A DNA stretch of 63,983 nucleotides, the filler included, from Vannella sp. (Eukaryota), in NCBI GenBank assembly GCA_023345925.1. It is 7 parts of 7 records of this genome, joined end to end, with 100 filler letters (N's around TTAATTAATTAA, not from the genome) between each part and the next. Parts side by side here need not be neighbours in the genome. Positions count along the whole stretch, not along the records: positions 53,639 to 60,505 come from JAJQQN010000786.1; positions 60,606 to 63,983 come from JAJQQN010000734.1; 5 more parts are not named here. One strand, given 5' to 3'. Each line of letters begins with the position of its first letter. Position 1 is the first letter of the stretch. Of the stretch, positions 56,891-63,983 are shown one piece after another. The notes beneath the pieces are model-generated. The model saw only the letters and a list, made by a program, of their open reading frames with translations. It made no database searches and had not been told where the DNA came from. Made by a program: the position numbers and the translations under genes.

Positions 56891-59800
56891 CTAAGGAGAG
56901 GTTTCTTCTATTTCTCCTTGAGGTGCTGTGCAATTGCGGATAAAGTTGACGAGCTTTTGGTATGCCAAGTCATCTCGTCCTACTGGTTTGCAAGTCTCCC
57001 AATGGTTGCAATCCAGGCTGATGAATTCATGTCGAGCTTCGGTTTGGAAGCTGGGATTCGCACTTTCATCAGAAACCAGCTGAACAAGTTAGTCAAGAGT
57101 GCCAATTCGCGTTCTTCTTACCTGGAAGCAAGTGTACTTGGAGCCAACGCAAGTGTTATCATTCTCACCAAAAGAGAGTGTGGGAATCGATGGGGCTGCT
57201 TTTTCAAAGTCAGAATGGAGCTGTCGCAGTTCCTCAGAACTTGGATGAAGAGTATCCAGTGCTATTCCATTTGTTGTCAGGGGACAAGGCTCACTCTCAT
57301 TCAGAGATAACACAACACATACCAGCAGTGCGCCTGAAAATCACTTTGTCCGCCAGAGAGGCTAAAGCAGCTCCACGGTGGGGCGTAGAGAAGAAGGCAA
57401 CTCCTTTTGTGTTTTCAACAATTTGAGAGAAGCGCTGGTCTTCGGAAGAGAACTGGAGAAGGGAAAGGCAACCAAGTCAATTCAGGTTGAATGGAGGCCT
57501 TTCAACTCACTTTCAGGAGTTGCTTTACAACCAAGCCTCCAAACGAATGGGTCACAAAGATGACTGGGCGAGTACCAATATTGGCTAGTTTCAACTTTTT
57601 GAGGGAAATGAGAGCCTCGTCAGGTAAAGGCAGTGCTTCGCCTTCCCACTTGGAGATGGGCATTTCATACGCCAGCGAAATCACTCTGATGCGAGGGAAC
57701 TCTTGTGGAAGCCAGTCTCGAGGCCAAATAGTTTCTAGGAAGGTCGATTGGGTAAGTTATGGTTATGGCTGCCCATGTTTTATTAGCAACGCTGGAGGAT
57801 TGGTACTGATTGACGTACAATTGCGTGTTGGCTATTCAATCCAGGAAGACTTACCATTGTCTGTTCCGGATCTCCAAGTGGTGAGAGAGTTGCCTCCAAC
57901 TCCGTGAACAAATACTAAATCGAGTTCGGTCTCATCTTCGATAAAGTTGGTTCCTTGCGGATGGAGGAGATGAACTCCCTCTGCGTATTTTGAGCCTGAT
58001 GCTTCGTCACTCATCAAACTGGCCAATGCGCGAGTTGCATTATCTGCCAACGTCTTGTTTGAAGATTTTGTCCACTTCTGGAGTAAGCTCTTGATCTCCT
58101 TCTTCTTGTTCACGCTCTTTCCCCCCAAACCTAATAACAGTGAGATTCCTATTTACCTCCTTGAGATGGCCTCACCAGCAGTGATGTTCGCAATAGTACG
58201 AGCAACTTGGTTCTGGACTGCGAGAGAGCTAGATGCGCTGAGAATCTCAATAATCTCCCACCCGAGGCGATCCTGTTCAACAATGAGTCTGGCAAATGGC
58301 TTATCTTTGACCAAGGCAGCCAAGGTGCGAGCGACATTGTAGTAGACATTGGTGTCCCCTTCTTTGAGAAGAATCAGAAAGCCTGCCATTCCCACTTGGG
58401 ACTGAATGCGCCCATTGACTTGGACATCAGAGTGATTTGCCATGGCAGCTGTTAGGCGGGAGACTTGCTGTTTCACCACTATGTCATGGTTGTCTTTCGC
58501 GAGTGTATCAGTCACTTCACGTAAAATGGAAGATCGGCTGATGTGCTCAGCAGCTCGACTGTCTTGGGCAGCCAGGTTGGCCAATGCCACAAGTGAGATC
58601 GAGGTGATTTGGCGCTGGTCTCTAGAGATCTCTTCCAGATTTGCTGTTCCTGCCAGAAGATCCTTTTTGGTCAAGATTTCAGAGATTGACTTTCTTGCCT
58701 TGTAGGTGATCGTCCTCTGGCACTCTGCAGAGACCCAATGCTCGAGAATGCTCAACCAACCAGCTTGAATGAGAGCATTGCGATTCTGGGCCACACTGGA
58801 GAGGTTGGCAATGGCTCGGGCAGTTTGGAGAACCGCTTTGCTATCTCTCGCATCATTGTAGATGGTCTGAAGAATAGGAATGGCCCCATTCTCCACAACT
58901 ACGTGGCTGACTTCAGGAGAAATCTGAGCCAAATTCCCCAAACAACGTGCCACTTCCAGGTACGTTTGCTGACGTGCAGCAATGTCAAGAGGGTCGTCGT
59001 ACGAGTACATCTTCACATTGCGACTACTACTTGTCTCCAAAAGGACCTTCTCTTTCTCAGAGGCCTCATTGCTGATGGCATTCTTCAGGAACTCCATAAG
59101 TCCCTTGGAGACCATCTCCGCAGCCAAATGCGGATCCTTAGCTTGTTCCGCAACAGCAGAGCAGAATGGGGCAAAGAATCGCTTGTCAGCTCTTCGATTC
59201 TCAGACATAAGAGTGACGAAAGAGAGTCCCTGTCGCTTCAAGATCTCTCCCGCCAGTTCAGGTTGGCTCTGAAGCAGCTTGGAAAGAGTGGTTGATACGG
59301 ACTTGTTAGCGGACGAGGTTGTTGACTTGTGCGTGGCAAGATCTTCAGGAGTTGGAGCGCTGACAAGCTTTGCCAGACAATCGAGGAACTCTTCTGGGTT
59401 CAGTGCGGTCTGGCTTGCTTTGAAGAACGCTGGTACGATCAAGTCTAGAAGATCGTTAGATGAGAGGGCCAAGTAGCAGGTTGCGGGACCCACCTGAGTC
59501 GGCATACATCAGGACGATCTCTGCGACTTGAGCACGCACTGGCTCGTCATACAGGTGGGCCATAGGTAAGATCGAGTTAAGCACTTGCTGAGCGTCCTCT
59601 GGAGTGAGCTTTCCTGCCTTGTGCTCTGAATGAAGGGTGAGAAAGAAGCTTCCCCGCCCCCTTTGGCTGGCATACTCTCAATCGTTTGCAGAAGAAGAAA
59701 GTACAAAGCCCGTCGTTGGCTTGAGTCAAGAGGGGCCTGAGAACTCCCCGAGAGGGTCCTCACAAGGCCGTTGGTGTCCATCATCGATGCCGCCCGCGTC

Positions 59801-60087
59801 AGGATGATTTCTCCCACAGATCGACGGTAGTTTCCTTCCAGCCGTCGTGAACGGACAACTTCCTGAACCTTCATATCCGAGTACTGTCGAGTGACAATCA
59901 AAGCACTCACGGCAACCGCTAGAGCCCGAAACCCGTACTTTCGCTTCAACAAAGGATCCGCCACGGTCTCTGACAGCCACACTAAGGGCTTGCTTGTCGT
60001 CTCAAAGCTCCTCCTTGCGACCACTAAACCATCTATTCGCCCACCTCGCATAACCTGACGCGACACGACCACAGAGGAGCGCAACAT
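56891..60087 (-). CDS. SERAC1: SERAC1-like protein (ARM repeats plus PGAP1-like alpha/beta hydrolase)
   Basis: Mitochondrial-targeting-like N-terminus with a TM segment, then ARM repeats. Lipase region DLVFVHGVGG, WPRDWLP, VTHSFGGLVVK, FFSTPHRG and NHWETCKP. Confidence 0.8.
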
Positions 60088-60239
60088 CGACAGGGAGATC
60101 AACAAATGACGATTTCCAGAGCTTCCTGTTAGTTGTTCATTTTTCCTTGGTCCCCCTGATGAGCAACAGCGCTGGTGACTCTCTGGTCATGGCCTCGGTG
60201 ATCATTGGTGTAAGTGCTATTGTTGTGGAAATGATTTGA

Positions 60240-60370
60240 GAACTCGTATGTGCGTAGCTTGCCCTGATGACCTCCATCTCTTCAGGATAAGCTTTTGGAC
60301 TGATTTCATTTTTTTATCTTTTTGGATGTTTTTGAGGACCCAAACAAGGGGAAATGCCCCGCTGCTCGTG
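60240..60370. repeat. Dispersed ~130-bp intergenic repeat, copy 3
   Basis: Aligns end to end with 23449-23577, with only about ten differences. Confidence 0.9.
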
Positions 60371-60505
60371 GAAAATAAGAACTCTCCAAAGTGAGATCCA
60401 TTAGATTAGGGAACCGGTCAGCAACTTGTGGAGATGGCTCAATTGGAGAAGAGGAAGTGTGCCAGAAAGCCAAAAAGGAAGTTAACAAGTCAAAGTGTTC
60501 ATTTA

Positions 60506-60605
60506 NNNNNNNNNNNNNNNNNNNNNNNNNNNNNNNNNNNNNNNNNNNNTTAATTAATTAANNNNNNNNNNNNNNNNNNNNNNNNNNNNNNNNNNNNNNN
60601 NNNNN
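60506..60605. other. Artificial contig linker
   Basis: N44-TTAATTAATTAA-N44. Confidence 0.98.
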
Positions 60606-60606
60606 C

Positions 60607-60929
<323 letters not shown>

Positions 60930-61004
60930 GGCACAGGCAGAGGAAAAATGAGGATCTCCCTGGCGCCAGCAGAAAGCCCCAACTTTTCCAACCTCGCCCA
61001 CCAA

Positions 61005-62253
61005 TCAGAGGAGCGCCATGGGCGGGGAACTTTCCTTGTCAGTTTGCACGAACAAAAGCACCCAAAATTATCTTTAATGTTCAATACATACGATTTTGTG
61101 TCGGAGGCTCGTGCACAGGTTATTGGACAGGGTGATGGCATCGGCCACCTCTTGAATGTATCCAATCTTTCCAGAACACTCCACGTGATCTGCGACTTCG
61201 ACCCACTGGCCATTGTTCAGTTTGCTGTTCAAGTCAGTACGCTTACAGGAGCCTGGAGGAGGTCCTACAAAGTGTGTCCTTTCATGGAGTTTGGCCGTCT
61301 CACAGTCGATGGGCGGTTTGTAGCAACTTGCAAGTAGTACGCACATATCTTGAACTGGACTCTACATATAGACAGGTGTATGATGATGTTGGAGGGAGGT
61401 CGAGGTGCGAGCGAGTAGTCCTGCTCTCGGAGTGACTGTGAGGATGCAAAGTGGTTGGCCGTGGCAGGAAACTCAGGTTCCGTGTTGCTCTCTAGCTCCT
61501 ATTGGGTTCATCAGCTCGCTTCATGGTGTCTTCTGACCAACCTCTCTGGCAAGAACGAGGAAACGGGAGATCTCCTCAACAGCCTGGCGAGTATCAGACA
61601 GAACCATGGTGAGCTGGCGAGCCCCGTTCAAGTCAATGTCTTCTCTTGAGTCGTAGGTAGCGGTGACTTGTTGGTGTTTGGTCATCAACGCTGAGAGTTT
61701 GTCGTGGGAGACTTGTAAGAAGTTGCGACAGCATTGTATCTAACCAGGGTAAGTTTTGGGTTGTCTAGTCGCTCAGGAGAGCGGCAGTGGGACAACCTAC
61801 ATCGGGTATGAGGTTGATCTCAGGACGTTGGTTGATGCGGGCGTTGTAAGTCTCCATCTTCTTCGTTGAAGGGTTCTGTAAGATACATATGATTTCCTGC
61901 GCGCCAAGTAGGCCCCCCTTAGCTCAATTGGAAGAGAACAGATCGGTTCTGCCTACCCCGCCCTCAACAGATGTTCCTGTGATCTTGACGTTCCCCCGTA
62001 GCCGTGATGCAACATAGGGCGTCTTTCCTGGTATCTCAATCGGTGTGGTTTGATAGGATATCAGCTCACTGTCGTGAGAAAGAGACCATAAAGCTCTGTT
62101 CAGTTGGTACAGGAGTGCCTTGGTCACTTTAGGGACCTCTGTTGCCATAAGCCATGCTCCTTCTCTATATAATGCTTTGATCTCCTCGCCCACGTATTCT
62201 GTCCCTTCATCCGCGTACTCGTCCTGCAGAGTCCCCTCCACTCGCCGGCGCAT
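61005..62253 (-). CDS. ROGDI: ROGDI / Rav2-like protein (RAVE / Rabconnectin-3 subunit)
   Basis: Spliced segments WLMATEVP, LRGNVKITG, IQCCRNFL, LAPRPPSNIIIHLSI, WVEVADHVE and NLCTSLRHKI parallel Rogdi motifs in the same order. Ends are approximate. Confidence 0.65.
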
Positions 62254-62470
62254 TTGGAAATGGTCTGTTGGCTTTCCCCTTGAAGGAATTACTCTATTTT
62301 ACTCTCTAGCCTTCAAACAGATCAAAATGGGGCGGGAAGGGCTGAGGTTGACCAAGCTTGTGTGTCGGGAATCCGGTTTTCTGTGCAGAGCTCTGGTTTG
62401 CCCCTCATGCTTTGGATTGCTTGGAACATGTTGGAATGGTGTGGGTCTGTGACCTCTCTTTGGTCTGATT

Positions 62471-63555
62471 TCAGTCTTCCACGGAGGCCTCGCTTGAGTC
62501 TGAGTCTTGGTCTGATTTGGGGGATCGGAATGGGTGTTGAGCGACAGGCTCGTCTTCAGAGTCATGGAGGGAAGCAAAATAGGGGTGGCTCAGGGCTTGA
62601 TCCACGCGGATTCGCTGTCCAGGATCAGAAGCCAACATCTTCACTATCAGGTCGAAGCCGCTCTCTGGGAGAAGTTCTGGGATCCTCAATGGCTTGTCTG
62701 TTGAGCTGGAATCTGTTTGGTTCGCTTTGGCAGGTCCGCCCCATCCCTGCGCTATCAACTCCAACTGCGAGGAAGCATCTTCCCCTGGAAAGAGTACTTG
62801 CCCTGTGAAAAGCTCTGCCATGATACATCCTACTGCCCACACATCTGATGCTGGGCTATAGTCAGAGTCTCGGATCACTTCTGGTGAACGGTACCAAAGT
62901 GTCGTCACGTTGCTTCGGTTTGAAGGCTTCTGCTGATTGCGAGACATTGTTGAACAGCTTCCAAGGTCTCCAATCTTTAGGTCACAGTTGGCGTTGACCA
63001 GGCAGTTCTGTGGCTTCTGAGGAGATGGTAAGGAGGAGCGGAAGGAGGAATCTCTGACTGAAGAACACTCACAATGTCTCGGTGCAGTACACCCGCAGAG
63101 TGAATGCATTTGAGGCCTCGAAGGATCTGATAGAGGAAGACTTGACAGTGCAGGGGACTAATCTTCTCCTTGGAGTCGAGGAGCCTTCCAAGGTCTGATT
63201 CCATCAGCTCCATCACCAGGAGGACCTGGTTGCTGTTCTCCAGTTCAATACAGTCTTTGAGAGAGATAATCTATGATAGATAAGCCGTCAAGGAGTAAGA
63301 GAGGCAGGAGGACGAACGTTTTCGTGGTGAAAGTGGCTGAGGAGCTTAATCTCTGGCAAGGCCCTTTGGGAAGTGCCCTCAGGACTCTTTATCACTCTCT
63401 TAATGGCCACCCTTTCTCTTGTCTTCCGGTGGCAAGCAGACCTGTTCTTCATGAGTACGGTCACAACTTGAACTTCAAACGCACCACACCATCCCTGAGC
63501 TACCCATCCCAATAGGACGAATCGACTCATAACAAGTGGACTTGAGCTCCTCCAT
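62471..63555 (-). CDS. MAPK-like CMGC protein kinase with atypical activation loop
   Basis: IGMGSSGMV, VAIKRV, EIKLLSHFHHEN, ELMESDL, FLYQILRGLKCIHSAGVLHRDI/KPQN, NANCDLKIGDLG, TLWYRSPE and ALSHPYFASLHDSEDEP. Three introns. Confidence 0.88.
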
Positions 63556-63756
63556 GTTCGCCACAACCCTTGAGCAGAGGAAGAAAGGTAATGAGGAATT
63601 CCTCGATCATTCCCCGATCATGCGTCCAAAAGGGGCCACTTCTGCATCCCTCGTTGCATGAGGAAGGTGAAGGGAAGGTTCTGGAGGCGGCTCCTGATCC
63701 CGGAAAATGTGAGCGGAGTGTTATTGAAGGTTTTGGGGATCGTTACGGTTAGTTCA

Positions 63757-63983
63757 ATGACGGTGGTGATGGTCATGGCGCCCCGACTGGAAGGTGAGAG
63801 TACTCAACGCTCTTGATCCGCTTGCTGAGCGAACTAGCCTTCGGGAGGCGACAAATGATGAATGCAGATGGAAGTGCACCTTTTGAACCTGCCTTAAGAA
63901 GACCTGAAGAAGATCCCTCCACAGTGTGGTTTCGATATCGGGAGGCAAACCAGCTCAACCAACCAGAAGAGCCCCTCGACAAG
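63757..63983 (+). CDS. Possible start of an unidentified gene running off the window
   Basis: ATG, a GTGAGA...ACTAG intron-like segment, then an open frame to the window end (FGRRQMMNADGSAPFEPALRRPEED...). Confidence 0.3.

Overview
This is eukaryotic nuclear DNA, not prokaryotic. It consists of seven unrelated contigs joined by six artificial 100-nt linkers (N44-TTAATTAATTAA-N44), so synteny only holds within a contig. The genome is very gene-dense (about 30 genes or fragments, gaps often 20-100 bp), has short GT-AG introns of about 45-60 nt and uses the standard genetic code. The gene set (Roco protein, intron-containing dCTP deaminase, sedolisin, Cyc8/TrfA-like TPR protein, fimbrin) fits a free-living protist, most plausibly an amoebozoan; that assignment is inference. 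Recognisable genes: ARM-RhoGEF, S53 peptidase, WDR20, WDR33, SPC24, SMCR8, Rac, tandem RBR E3 ligases, MPP6, CAF-1 p150, RMI1, PLA2G12-like, aralar/citrin, ARP5, SERAC1-like, Rab7, ROGDI and a MAPK-like kinase. Most notable: (1) a long coiled-coil protein with a dynein-adaptor-like CC1 box fused to a four-CH fimbrin core; (2) a dispersed ~130-bp intergenic element on three different contigs, each copy co-oriented upstream of a gene; (3) a Roco protein with DEP, a pseudokinase and two apparently dead GTPase-like domains; (4) a bacterial-type DUF4197 gene next to ARP5; (5) a decayed receptor-like kinase pseudogene; (6) a MAPK-like kinase lacking TxY. All family calls come from motif recognition by eye, and no searches were run.
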